Of a stretch of 64,000 nt of DNA, positions 10,729 through 20,043 are shown in pieces; the first letter of the stretch is position 1, and every line of letters starts with the position of its first letter. Position numbers and translations under genes: made by a program. The notes beneath the pieces are model-generated. The model was not told where the DNA came from. It worked only from the letters and a program-made list of their open reading frames with translations, and ran no database searches. Origin of the DNA: Ilumatobacteraceae bacterium. Lineage in GTDB: Bacteria > Actinomycetota > Acidimicrobiia > Acidimicrobiales > Ilumatobacteraceae. The DNA lies in contig CAWFLK010000021.1 in the NCBI GenBank assembly GCA_963816635.1, forward strand, positions 154,443 through 218,442. Reading direction: 5' to 3'.

Positions 10729-11754
10729 ATGGCCAAGCGGGACGAGCACGGCGCGCCGGTCGAACTCGCGGCGGCCGGGCGGGTGGTCGCCATCACCAGC
10801 CCCGACAAGATGATGTTCCCCGAGCCCGGCCTCACCAAGCTCGACCTCGCCCGCTACTACCTCGCCGTCGAGGAGTCGATCATGCGCACGGTGCGGGACC
10901 GCCCGACGCTGCTGCAGCGGTTCCCGAACGGGGTGGCCGGCTCGTCGTTCTTCCAGAAGCGGATCCCCGACTCGGCGCCGCGGTGGCTGCAGACCACCAT
11001 CGTCAGCACCCCGAACGGCACGACGTCGCGGGCGATCGTGATGGCCGACATCGCCCACGTGCTGTGGGCCGCCAACATCGGATGCCTCGGGTTCCACCCG
11101 TGGCCGTGTCGGGCCGGCGATCCGGAGAACACCGACGAGCTGCGCATCGACCTCGACCCCGGTCCCGGCGTCACCTACGCGATGGTGCAGGAGGCCGCAG
11201 CCGAGACGTTCGATCTGCTGGCGACGCACGGCATCCGCTCGTACATCAAGACGACCGGCAACCGCGGCCTGCACGTGTACGTGCGCGTGGAGTCGGGGTG
11301 GACGTCGATCGGTACGCGTCAGGCGGCCGTCGCCGTCGCCCGCGAGCTCGCCGAGCGGCGGCCGGAGCTGATCACCGCGAACTGGTGGAAGGAGGAGCGC
11401 GGGCCGCGGGTGTTCGTCGACTTCAACCAGAACGCGCCGCACAAGACCGTGTTCGGGGCGTGGTGCGTGCGGGCCCGCCCGGGCGCCCAGGTGTCGACGC
11501 CGTTCGCATGGGACGAGCTGGCCCACATCCGGCCCGACGAGCTGACGATGGTGACCGTGCCGCCGCGCCTCGAGGCGCGCGGCGACCCGTGGGCGACGAT
11601 CGACGACGAGCCGCAGTCGATCGCTCCGCTGGTCGAGCGCTACGAGCGCGACCTCGCCGCCGGCATCCCCGACGCCCCGTGGCCGCCGGTGTACCCGAAG
11701 ATGCCCGACGAGGCACCCCGCGTCCAGCCGAGCCGCGCCCGCAAACCGGACTAG
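10729..11754 (+). CDS. NHEJ DNA polymerase/primase (LigD polymerase domain, stand-alone)
   Basis: VAITSPDKMMFPE ... SSFFQKRIP ... LGFHPWPCRAGDPENTDELRIDLDPGPG ... GNRGLHVYVRV ... FVDFNQNAPHKTVFGAWCVRARPGAQVSTP matches the LigD Pol/PrimPol motifs. There is no ligase or phosphoesterase domain attached. The start is MAKRDEH at 10729. Confidence 0.8.
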   Translation: MAKRDEHGAPVELAAAGRVVAITSPDKMMFPEPGLTKLDLARYYLAVEESIMRTVRDRPTLLQRFPNGVAGSSFFQKRIPDSAPRWLQTTIVSTPNGTTSRAIVMADIAHVLWAANIGCLGFHPWPCRAGDPENTDELRIDLDPGPGVTYAMVQEAAAETFDLLATHGIRSYIKTTGNRGLHVYVRVESGWTSIGTRQAAVAVARELAERRPELITANWWKEERGPRVFVDFNQNAPHKTVFGAWCVRARPGAQVSTPFAWDELAHIRPDELTMVTVPPRLEARGDPWATIDDEPQSIAPLVERYERDLAAGIPDAPWPPVYPKMPDEAPRVQPSRARKPD

Positions 11755-11770
11755 CGCCGCGCCTTCAGGC

Positions 11771-11819
11771 TTCTGTGTCAGGAAACACGACGCCCGACGT
11801 CGTGTTTCCTGACACAGAA
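11771..11819. terminator. bidirectional intrinsic-terminator-like hairpin (22-bp perfect stem, 5-nt loop)
   Basis: TTCTGTGTCAGGAAACACGACG-cccga-CGTCGTGTTTCCTGACACAGAA lies between the convergent ligD-pol stop (11754) and the eamA stop (11831). There is no U-tract, as is usual in high-GC genomes. Confidence 0.6.
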
Positions 11820-11830
11820 CCGGGTCGGCG

Positions 11831-12763
11831 TCACGCGGGGACGAGCGGGGCCTCGGGCTCGGCGCGGGCGATCAGGGCCAGGCCGGCCAGCACGATCGCC
11901 GCGCCGAGCCAGCCGGCGGGGTCGAGGCGCTCGTCGAGCACCACCATGGCGGCGATGGCGGCGGTGACCGGCTCGGCGAGCGTGAGCGTGACGGCCGTCG
12001 AGGTCGCCAGCGTGCGCAGGCCGTAGCCGTAGAGCAGGTAGGCGACGGTGGTGGCGACGATCCCGAGGTGCAGCACCATCAGCAGGCCCGACCAGGTGGC
12101 GAGCCAGGCGAGCGGCTCGACGAACAGGAACGGGGCCAGGCCGAGCGCACCGAGCGTGAAGATCCACGCCATGACGGTTCCCGAGTCGGCGCCGGCCTCG
12201 ACGAGCGACTTGGCCGCGGTGGCGAACAGGGCGTAGCCGAGCCCGGCGAGCAGCGAGCAGAGCACCCCGAACGCCCCCACCGGCGCGTCCCCGGTGCGCT
12301 GCGACAGCACCAGCACCGCCCCGCCCAGCACGGCCAGCGCCGTGGCGGCCGCCCAGCGGTTGCTCGGCCGCCGATGCAACACCACCAGCTCCCACGCGCC
12401 GACGAACACCGGGCCACTGCCCAGCGCCACCAGCGTGCCGACGGCGACGCCGTTGTGATCGGTGCCGGCGAAGAACGCCGGCTGGTAGATCGCCACGCCG
12501 AGGGCGCCGATCAGCACGGCCGGCAGCTGACGGCGGCGCGGCACGAGCGGTGTCGTCGCGCGGCCGGTCGTGCGGTGGCGCCGGCTGACGACGACGGCGA
12601 CGAGCACCAACCCGGCGGCACCGATCAGGATGCGCATCGCCCCGACGCCGAGCGCCGTCGCGTCGTCGGGTCCGAGGGCCTTGGCGGTGCCGGTGGTGCC
12701 GAACGCGACGGCGGCGCCGAGCACGGCGAGGCGGTCGAGCGGCCAGCGGCGCGCGGCGGTCAT
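11831..12763 (-). CDS. EamA/DMT-family membrane transporter
   Basis: The protein has ten-TM-like hydrophobic segments. The start is probably MTAARRW at 12763, overlapping the RidA stop. Confidence 0.7.
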   Translation of the reverse strand: MTAARRWPLDRLAVLGAAVAFGTTGTAKALGPDDATALGVGAMRILIGAAGLVLVAVVVSRRHRTTGRATTPLVPRRRQLPAVLIGALGVAIYQPAFFAGTDHNGVAVGTLVALGSGPVFVGAWELVVLHRRPSNRWAAATALAVLGGAVLVLSQRTGDAPVGAFGVLCSLLAGLGYALFATAAKSLVEAGADSGTVMAWIFTLGALGLAPFLFVEPLAWLATWSGLLMVLHLGIVATTVAYLLYGYGLRTLATSTAVTLTLAEPVTAAIAAMVVLDERLDPAGWLGAAIVLAGLALIARAEPEAPLVPA

Positions 12764-13152
12764 CGGGCGGCGATGACGGCGATCTCGAGCAACCACTCGG
12801 GACGCACCAGGCGCGGCACCGTCACCAGCGTCGATGCCGCGAGCCGGCCGCCGAGGAAGCGATCACGGGCCGCCATCACCAGACCGAGCGATGCCAACTC
12901 GTCGACCACGACGTAGGTCGTCACCGACACGACGTCGGCCGGGCCCATGCCCGCCTCGTCGAGGAGGGTGGCGATGTTCGACCACACCACCGCCGCCTGC
13001 GCCTCGACGCCGTCCGGCACCGTGCCGTCGGGCGCCACCGGCACCACCCCCGACGTGTGCAGCAGGTGCGCCGACCCGTCGCTCACCACGGCGTGGGCGT
13101 AGTTGGCCGCCGGCGGCGCCAACCCGACCCCCGACACCACCCGGTTCACCAC
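12760..13152 (-). CDS. RidA/YjgF family (reactive intermediate deaminase-like) protein
   Basis: The 130-aa protein reads ANYAHAVVSDGSAHLLHTSGVVP ... DVVSVTTYVVVDELA ... ASTLVTVPRLVRPEWLLEIAVIAA, which is the YjgF fold. Confidence 0.8.
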   Translation of the reverse strand: MVNRVVSGVGLAPPAANYAHAVVSDGSAHLLHTSGVVPVAPDGTVPDGVEAQAAVVWSNIATLLDEAGMGPADVVSVTTYVVVDELASLGLVMAARDRFLGGRLAASTLVTVPRLVRPEWLLEIAVIAAR

Positions 13153-13187
13153 CCCCCGATCCTTCCACCCCCCGCCCCCAGGAAAAT

Positions 13188-13239
13188 GATTTCCACAAGC
13201 AGAATCGTGCAGATCTGCACGATTCCGCGCCCCAGAATC
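13188..13239 (+). repeat. copy A of the novel palindrome-containing element (family 1)
   Basis: GATTTCCACAAGCAg-AATCGTGCAGATCTGCACGATT-cCGCGCCCCAGAATC. The 22-bp core is a perfect palindrome. A C-rich tract (CCACCCCCCGCCCCC) lies just upstream. The copy sits 38 bp upstream of the secreted-protein gene. Confidence 0.7.
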
Positions 13240-13277
13240 CGCGGAACCGATGGCCCGCCGGCAGCGTCGAACCGATC

Positions 13278-14082
13278 ATGCACGCACCGCTCCTCGCGCT
13301 GACGCTCGTCGCCGGCCTCGCCACGACGTCATCGCCACCGGACGACGCCGCCGACGCCATCGCCTTCGAGACGATCGCGGTCATGTCCGACACCACCGGC
13401 ATCAACCTCGTGCCCCACGTGCCGATCGCCGTCCGCAACGCCGACGACCTTGCCGACCTGGAGGGGATCATGAGCGACGGCTTCTCCGGCGACCTGCCTG
13501 ACCGCGTGATGGCCGCGGTCGAACAGGTGCCCACCGGCATGATGCCGCTCGTCGGGATCATCGACACCAGCTGCAGTCCGCCGTCGACCCCCGGCTTGTC
13601 GATCGACGCCGACGGCAACGTCGCGATGTACGCCCTCGACCCGGTGCCGAACCAGCCGGAGTGCTTCGTGGCCGTCGACACGGTCGCCGTGCTCGCCGTC
13701 GATCCGGCCGACGTCCCGATCGGCGCCGCCGGCCCCGCCGAGCTGCTCGCCTTCGAACGCCTCTCCGGCTCGGTGACCGGCGCTCCCCCGGCCGTCGAGC
13801 TCGGGCCCGACGCCACCGCGGCCCTGTCGGCGATGGTCGGCGCCGACGGCGACGTGCCGAACCTCCCGCCGCTCGTCAAGGGGACGCGCCGGTTCGCGTT
13901 CGTCACCGCCGGCTGCCAGGACGCCACGGCCGAGCTGCTGGTCACCCGCCGCTTCCTCGCAGCCACGCCTCTACACCGATCCGGTCGACCTCGGCATCGC
14001 CTGCGCCCAGGCCGAGTTCTTCCTCACGGTGTTCGACGTCCCCGATTCGGTCGTGTGGCCGAACGCCGCCCTCGGCCGCTGA
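13278..14082 (+). CDS. hypothetical exported protein (signal-peptide-like N-terminus), apparent frameshift near 13968
   Basis: The protein starts MHAPLLALTLVAGLATTSSPP and the ORF is Asp/Ala-rich with high GC3. GC3 collapses after ...QDATAELLV. The adjacent frame continues protein-like (LYTDPVDLGIACAQAEFFLTVFDVPDSVVWPNAALGR) to a TGA at 14080. The listed 720-aa ORF 12834..14996 is a read-through artefact that fuses this gene, repeat B and the aldolase. Confidence 0.45.
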
Positions 14083-14086
14083 TCGC

Positions 14087-14138
14087 GATTCTGGGGCGCG
14101 AAATCGTGCAGATCTGCACGATTTTGCTTGTGGAAATC
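14087..14138 (-). repeat. copy B of the family 1 element, inverted relative to copy A
   Basis: The reverse complement is GATTTCCACAAGCAa-AATCGTGCAGATCTGCACGATT-tCGCGCCCCAGAATC, which is 50 of 52 identical to copy A. It lies 4 bp after the exported-protein stop and 30 bp before the aldolase start. Confidence 0.7.
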
Positions 14139-14168
14139 ATCGACCGGGCGGGAAGTACCCTTGGACGC

Positions 14169-14996
14169 ATGGCTGTGATCGAGACCGGGGCCGGGGTCGG
14201 GGTGCGGACGATCGACGGGCGACCGCTGGTGCCACAGGAGACGACGCTCGACCTCCCGCCCACGTTCGCCACCGTCGACGACGAGCGCGCCCACCGCAAG
14301 GCCAAGCTGGCCGGGGCGCTGCGCATCTTCGGCAAGTTCGGCTTCTCCGAGGGCGTGGCGGGGCACATCACCGCGCGCGACCCCGAGTTCCCCGAGCTGT
14401 TCTGGGTCAACCCGTTCGGGATGAACTTCCGCCACATCCGCTCCAGCGACCTCATCCTCGTCGACCACGACGGCAACGTCGTCTACGGCACCCGCGCCGT
14501 CAACCGGGCGGCGTTCGTGATCCACTCGGCGATCCACGAAGCCCGCCCCGACGTCACCGCCGCCGCCCACTCGCACTCGCTCCACGGCAAGGCGTTCAGC
14601 TCGCTCGGCATCCCGCTGGCCCCGTTGACCCAGGACGCCTGCGTGTTCTTCGAGGACCACACGGTGATCGCCACCCAGGGCGGCGCCGTGGTCTACGACA
14701 TCGAGGCCGGCAAGGAGCTCGCCGCCGAGTTCACCACCGGCAAGGCGGCGATCCACCAGAACCACGGGCTGTTCACCGTCGGCGAGACCGTCGACGCCGC
14801 CGCCTACTGGTTCATCACGATGGAGCGCTCGTGCCAGGCCCAGCTCATCGCCATGGCCGCCGGCACGCCGCACGAGATCAACCGCGAGTACGCCACGTAC
14901 ACGCGCGACCAGACCGGCTACCCGCTCGCCGGGTGGTTCCAGTTCCAGCCGCTCTGGCACGAGATCTGCCGCACCGACCCTGACCTCTTCGACTGA
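14169..14996 (+). CDS. class II aldolase/adducin-family protein (fuculose-phosphate aldolase-like)
   Basis: MAVIETGAGV ... FGFSEGVAGHITARDPEFPELFWVNPFG ... AAHSHSLHGKAFSS. The His-rich zinc-site region is typical of class II aldolases. Confidence 0.75.
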   Translation: MAVIETGAGVGVRTIDGRPLVPQETTLDLPPTFATVDDERAHRKAKLAGALRIFGKFGFSEGVAGHITARDPEFPELFWVNPFGMNFRHIRSSDLILVDHDGNVVYGTRAVNRAAFVIHSAIHEARPDVTAAAHSHSLHGKAFSSLGIPLAPLTQDACVFFEDHTVIATQGGAVVYDIEAGKELAAEFTTGKAAIHQNHGLFTVGETVDAAAYWFITMERSCQAQLIAMAAGTPHEINREYATYTRDQTGYPLAGWFQFQPLWHEICRTDPDLFD

Positions 14997-15000
14997 CCCG

Positions 15001-15912
15001 CGGCCGACGCCGCGGGCGCCGGCCGCGGCCCGCCCCGGCCGCGTCGCCCGCCACCTCGACACCGCGTCGCCCGAAGCGCTGTTCGCGCTCTCGGCGATCG
15101 CCCAGTACACGGGCACGTCGATCGCCGCGCTCCTCTTCGACGAGGTCGCCCCGCAGACCGTCGCCTGGCTGCGCGTCACCGGCGCGGCGATCGTGCTGCT
15201 GTTGGTGTCCCGCCACCCGTTCCGCGGCTGGACCCGCAGTCAGTTCGGCGCGGCTGCCCTGTTCGGCACGATCACCGCCCTGATGAACACGTGCTTCTAC
15301 ATGGCGCTCGCCCGCACCGATCTCGGCACGAGCGTCGCCATCGAGTTCATCGGCCCGATCATCGTCGCCGCGGCGATGACGCGCACCGCCCGCAACGCCT
15401 TCGCCCTCGGTCTCGCCGCCATCGGCGTGCTCGTGCTCGGCGGGCTGGAGGTCGGCGACAACACGATCGGCCTCCTGTGGCTGCTCGCCGCCTCGGCGAT
15501 GTGGGCGGCGTACATCGTGCTCGGCTCACGCGTCGCCCGCCTCGACCGCGGCGTGTCGGGCCTCGGCGTGGGCATGGCCGTCGGCGCCGTCGTGCTCCTG
15601 CCGATCGGCGCGCCCGGCAGCGCCCACGTGTTCACCACCCCGCGGCTGCTGATCGCCTGCCTCGTCGTCGGGGTGTGCTCCAACGCCATCGGCTACGGCA
15701 TCGACCAGCACGTCCTGCGTCGCATCCCGGTGCGCCGGTTCTCGCTGCTGCTCGCCCTGTTGCCGGTCACCGCCGTCGCCTTCGGCTGGGTCGTCCTCGG
15801 CCAGCGCCCGTCGGTCGTCGAGGCGATGGGGATCGGCCTCGTGCTCGCCGGCGTCGTCATCCAGGAGCGCGACGAGCTGCCACGCGACACGATGATGCTC
15901 GAGCCGTCCTGA
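15001..15912 (+). CDS. EamA/RarD-like DMT transporter (5' end uncertain)
   Basis: ORF 15193..15912 (GTG start) encodes the C-terminal TM helices. The same frame is open and TM-like upstream to about 15001 (ALFALSAIAQYTGTSIAALLFDEV...). No ATG, GTG or TTG start is present before 15193. Confidence 0.6.
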   Translation, partial: RPTPRAPAAARPGRVARHLDTASPEALFALSAIAQYTGTSIAALLFDEVAPQTVAWLRVTGAAIVLLLVSRHPFRGWTRSQFGAAALFGTITALMNTCFYMALARTDLGTSVAIEFIGPIIVAAAMTRTARNAFALGLAAIGVLVLGGLEVGDNTIGLLWLLAASAMWAAYIVLGSRVARLDRGVSGLGVGMAVGAVVLLPIGAPGSAHVFTTPRLLIACLVVGVCSNAIGYGIDQHVLRRIPVRRFSLLLALLPVTAVAFGWVVLGQRPSVVEAMGIGLVLAGVVIQERDELPRDTMMLEPS

Positions 15913-15932
15913 GCGTGTCGAGCACCTCGATG

Positions 15933-15975
15933 TGCCGACAGAATCGACTGCGAATCGGCGCGCAGTCGTCGGCAC
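15933..15975. terminator. nested inverted repeat between convergent genes
   Basis: GTGCCGAC...GTCGGCAC with an inner GACTGCG...CGCAGTC. It lies between the EamA stop (15912) and the iolG stop (16003). Confidence 0.3.
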
Positions 15976-16002
15976 TTCGGCGCCTGTCGGTCCCCTGCCG
16001 AC

Positions 16003-17006
16003 CTACGCGGGGACGGCCGGGCGACCGGTGCGCCGGGACTCCTCGGCGGCGATCGCCACCGACAGCGCCGCCCGCCCGTCGGCCCCCGTCACCGGCGCCG
16101 GACCCCCGGCCGCCACCGCCTCGACGAACGCCAGCCACTGGTCGCGGTAGCTCACCTCGTAGCGGTCGAGGAAGAACGCGCCGATCGGCGGCCGGTGCGA
16201 CCCGCTGGCGTCGTGGCGCGTCGTGGAGTGCACCGGCGGGTTGTCGGAGGCCGCCATGCCGCCGCTGCCGAACGCCTCGACGCGCTGGTCGTAGCCGTAC
16301 ACCGCCTGCCGGCTGTTGTCGATCACCGTCAGGCACCCCGAGTCGTGACGCAGCGTGACGATCGCCGTGTCGATGTCGCCGGCGGCGCCGATCGCCGGGT
16401 CGACGCGCACGGCGCCGACCGCCTGCACCTCGACGACCTCGCTGCCGGCCACGTAGCGGGCCATGTCGAAGTCGTGGATCGTCATGTCCTTGAACAACCC
16501 GCCCGAGCGGACCAGGTAGGCGACCGGCGGCGGGGCCGGGTCGCGGCTGGTGATCTTCACGAGGTGCAACTCGCCGAGCTCGCCGCTCGCCGCCGCCGCC
16601 TGCACGGCGCGGTGGGCCGGGTCGAAGCGCCGGTTGAAGCCGACGTGCAGCAGGGTGCCGGACGCCTCGACCGCGGCGAGCGCGGCGTCGACCTCGGCGA
16701 GGTCGAGCGACACCGGCTTCTCGCAGAACGCCGGCAGCCCGGCCGCGGCGACGCGGGCGATCAGCTCGGCGTGGGTGTCGGTGCTGGTGCAGATCGCCAC
16801 CGCGTCGACGTCGCCGGAGAGTGCCTCGTCGACCGACGCTGCCGCCGGGACGCCGAACGGGACACCGAGGGCCGACGCCGCGCTGGGGACGACGTCGAAC
16901 ACGGTGGCCAGCGACGCACCGGGGATGCGGCGGGCGAGGAGCTCGGCGTGCAACCGCCCGATCCGCCCGCACCCGAGAACCGCCACCCGCACCGGCCGTG
17001 TCACAC
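16003..17006 (-). CDS. iolG: inositol 2-dehydrogenase (Gfo/Idh/MocA family)
   Basis: VRVAVLGCGRIGRLHAELL is the N-terminal Rossmann fold, followed by FCEKP and the GFNRRFDP motif. The GTG start at 17006 overlaps the iolD stop (GTGA). Confidence 0.8.
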
Positions 17007-18861
17007 CCCCTTGCGCTGGTCGGCCTTGGCCTCGTCGAGGGCGGCCCGCGCCGCCCGGATCGACGGCCGATCGGACACCTCGGGCACGCCGACCTCCCAC
17101 CACGCGCCGCCCTCGGTCCACGCATGCGGGTCGACGTCGATGACGATGACCGCGGTGCGATCCGCCGCCCGCGCCCACTCGACCGCATCGGCGAGCTCGG
17201 CGATGTCGGCGACGCGGCGAACGGCGCAACCCATCGAGGCGGCGTGAGCGGCGAAGTCGACCGGCGCCCACTCCCCCGCGACCCGCACGTCGGCGAACAG
17301 GTTGTTGAACGACGCCCCGCCCTGGTTGACCTGCAGCCGGTCGATGACGGCGAAGCCGCCGTTGTCGCACAGGATCACGATCATCTTGTGCCCGGACAGC
17401 ACCGACGAGTACAGGTCGCTGTTCATCATCAGGTACGAGCCGTCGCCGACGAACACGAACGTCTCACCGTCGGGGGCCAGCTGCGAACGGGCCATCGCCG
17501 CTCCCCACCCGCCGGAGATCTCGTAGCCCATGCACGAGAACCCGTACTCGCAGTCGAACGTCGCCACCCCGCGCGACCGCCACCCGGCGTTCACCTCGCC
17601 GGGGAAGCCGCCCGACGCCGTCAGCGCGTAGTCGTGCCCGCTGGCCGCGGCGTTGACGGCGGCCACGACCTGGGCGTAGGTCACCGCGCCGTCGTGCTGC
17701 GGTGCGCCGATGCGGTCGAGGTACTCCCAGAGCGTGGCCACCTCCGGCGCGACCCGCGCCGTCCACGCCGCCGGCGCCCGCCAGTCGGCGAGGGCCGCGT
17801 CGAGCTCGACGATCGTCTCGCGGGCATCGCCGACCACCGCCACGGCGCGGTGCTTGCCGGCGTCGAAGCGGGCGACGTTGACACCGATGATCCGCACCGA
17901 GTCGTTGCGGAACACCGACCACGACCCGGTGGCGAAGTCGGCCAGGCGGGTGCCCACCGCCACCACGACGTCGGCCTCGGCGGCGAGACGGTTGGCGCCC
18001 TCGGCGCCGATCACACCGATCGGGCCGGCGTAGCACGGGTGGTCGGCGGCGACCGTGGACTTGCCGGCGACCGTCTCGACGATCGGGATGCCGTGGCGCT
18101 CGGCGAACGCCGCCACCTCGGCCTCGGCGAGGGAGTAGTGGGCGCCGCCGCCGACGACCATCAGCGGCCGCTCGGCGGCGCGCAGCGACGTCGATGGCGT
18201 CGGCCACCTGGCCGCGATCGGGCCGCGGTCGGGCGATGGTGTGCACCGTCTCGTCGAAGAACACGGTCGGGAAGTCGAACGCCTCGGCCTGCACGTCCTG
18301 GGGCAGGGCGATGAACGCCGGCCCGCAGTCCGCCGGGTCGAGCAGCGTCGACACCGCCAGTGGCAACGACGCCAGCACCTGCTCGGGCCGGGTGATGCGG
18401 TCCCAGTAGCGCACGACGGCGCGGAACGCGTCGTTGGCCGTCGTCGAGGGGGCACCGAAGTGCTCGACCTGCTGCAGCACGGGGTCGGGCAGACGGCTCT
18501 GGAACGTGTCGCCGGACAGCATCAGCACCGGCAGGCGGTTGGCCATCGCCACGCCGGCGGCGGTGACCATGTTCAGCGCGCCGGGGCCGATCGACGTGGT
18601 GGCCACCATGAACTGGCGGCGGCGCATCGCCTTGGCGTAGGCGACGGCGGCCAGCGCCATCCCCTGCTCGTTCTGGCCGCGCCACGTCGGCAGGGCGTCA
18701 CCGGCGGCGTGCAACGCCGGACCGAGGCACGTGACGTTGCCGTGGCCGAAGATGGCGAACACGCCGGGCACCAGCGGCGCCTCGACGCCGTCGATCACGG
18801 TTCGTTGGGCGACGAGGTAGCGCACGACGGCGTCGGCGGTGGTGAGGCGGACGGTCTTCAC
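17003..18861 (-). CDS. iolD: 3D-(3,5/4)-trihydroxycyclohexane-1,2-dione acylhydrolase (TPP-dependent), apparent frameshift near 18190
   Basis: KTVRLTTADAVVRYLVAQ ... FGHGNVTCLG ... WRGQNEQGMALAAVAYAKA ... LPQDVQAEAFDFP is collinear with B. subtilis IolD. The protein continues in ORF 17001..18455 (LMVVGGGAHYS ... GDGSYLMMNSDLY, the TPP motif). The two halves are in different frames. Confidence 0.85.
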
Positions 18862-20043
18862 GCGGCGGCCCCCTCGGCGATGTCGCTCCACCGGCGTCCA
18901 CGAGCGCGTCTCCCACGAGGTGAGCAGGGCGGCCTGCACGCGGGCGTAGGCGAGGGCGGCCCCGAAGCCGGGGTCGAACGGCCGACCCTCGGCGACGGCG
19001 GTGAGGAAGTGGTGGTCTTCGATCGTCACCAGGTCCTCGAAACCGATCGGGTTGGCTCGGCCCGGGACGAACGCGCCGTGGTCGCCGAAGCGTTCGCCGC
19101 CGAACACCGTGGTGTAGCCGGCCAGCGGGTCATCGGCCGCGGTGACGTGCACCTGCAGCTCGTTCATCCGCTCGAAGTTCCACGACAGCGAGCCGAGCGT
19201 GCCGTGCACGTCGAAGGCGTTCTGGCTCTCGGGCCCGACCATCGTGCGCGACGACTCGAACGTCCCGATCGCCCCGCCGGCGAAGCGGACGATGGCGGCG
19301 GCGTAGTCCTCGTTGGTGACGGCGCCGCTCGGACCACCGGCGGCGCCGCGGTCGTAGTGGGTGCCGCCGGGCGCCGGCAGCGGCCGCTCGGTGATGAACG
19401 TGGCACCGACACCGACGACCTCGGTGATGTCGCCGACGAGGAAGTGGGCGAGGTCGACGCTGTGGCTGAGCAGGTCGCTCGTGACGCCGTAGCCGCCCTC
19501 GTCGACCAGGTACCGCCAACTCAGCGCCCCGAGCGGGTCGTTGCCGTAGCAGGACAGGAACCGCCCGCGGTAGTTGGTGATGGTGCCCAGCCGGCCGTCG
19601 GCGATGAGCGAACGGGCGCACTGCACGAGCGGCGCCCAGCGGTAGTTGTAGCCAACGCCGGTGGTGACGTGGCGGGCGGCGCGCTCGGCGGCGGCGATCT
19701 GGGCCGGCGTGCCGCCGACCGGCTTCTCGCAGAACACCGCCTTGCCGGCGGCGGCGGCGGCCGACGAGATCTCGACGTGCAGCATGTTGGGCGCGGTCAC
19801 CACCACCACGTCGACGGCCGGGTCGTCGACGACGCGCCGCCAGTCGTCGGTGGCCGTGCCGAACCCGAAGTCGGCGACGGCCGACTCGCGCCGCTGCGGC
19901 ACGGCGTCGGCGCACACCACGAGCTCGGGATCGGCCGCACGGTCGGGGAACAACGCGGGGATGCGACGGTAGCTGCGGCTGTGGGCCTGGCCCATCCAAC
20001 CGAGCCCGACGACCCCGATCCCGATCGTTCGGCGCCCGGTCAT
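18858..20043 (-). CDS. Gfo/Idh/MocA-family oxidoreductase (inositol/inosose dehydrogenase paralog)
   Basis: MTGRRTIGIGVVGLGWMGQAHSRSY ... FCEKPVGGTPAQ. It is about 395 aa. The listed ORF does not terminate before iolD. The adjacent frame ends in TGA overlapping the iolD GTG, so a C-terminal frameshift is possible. Confidence 0.7.

Noticed and set aside
13188-14138. Integron cassette (attC) interpretation of the inverted repeats around the single exported-protein gene
   Set aside because: There is no GTTRRRY core or R/L box structure. There is no intI or attI nearby. The two repeats are inverted copies of each other rather than one attC per cassette
12834-14996. Single 720-aa ORF fusing the exported protein, repeat B and the class II aldolase
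   Set aside because: GC3 collapses after about 13968, and the adjacent frame carries a protein-like tail ending in TGA at 14080. The aldolase has its own RBS and ATG at 14169. The apparent fusion comes from a frameshift plus the stop-free repeat
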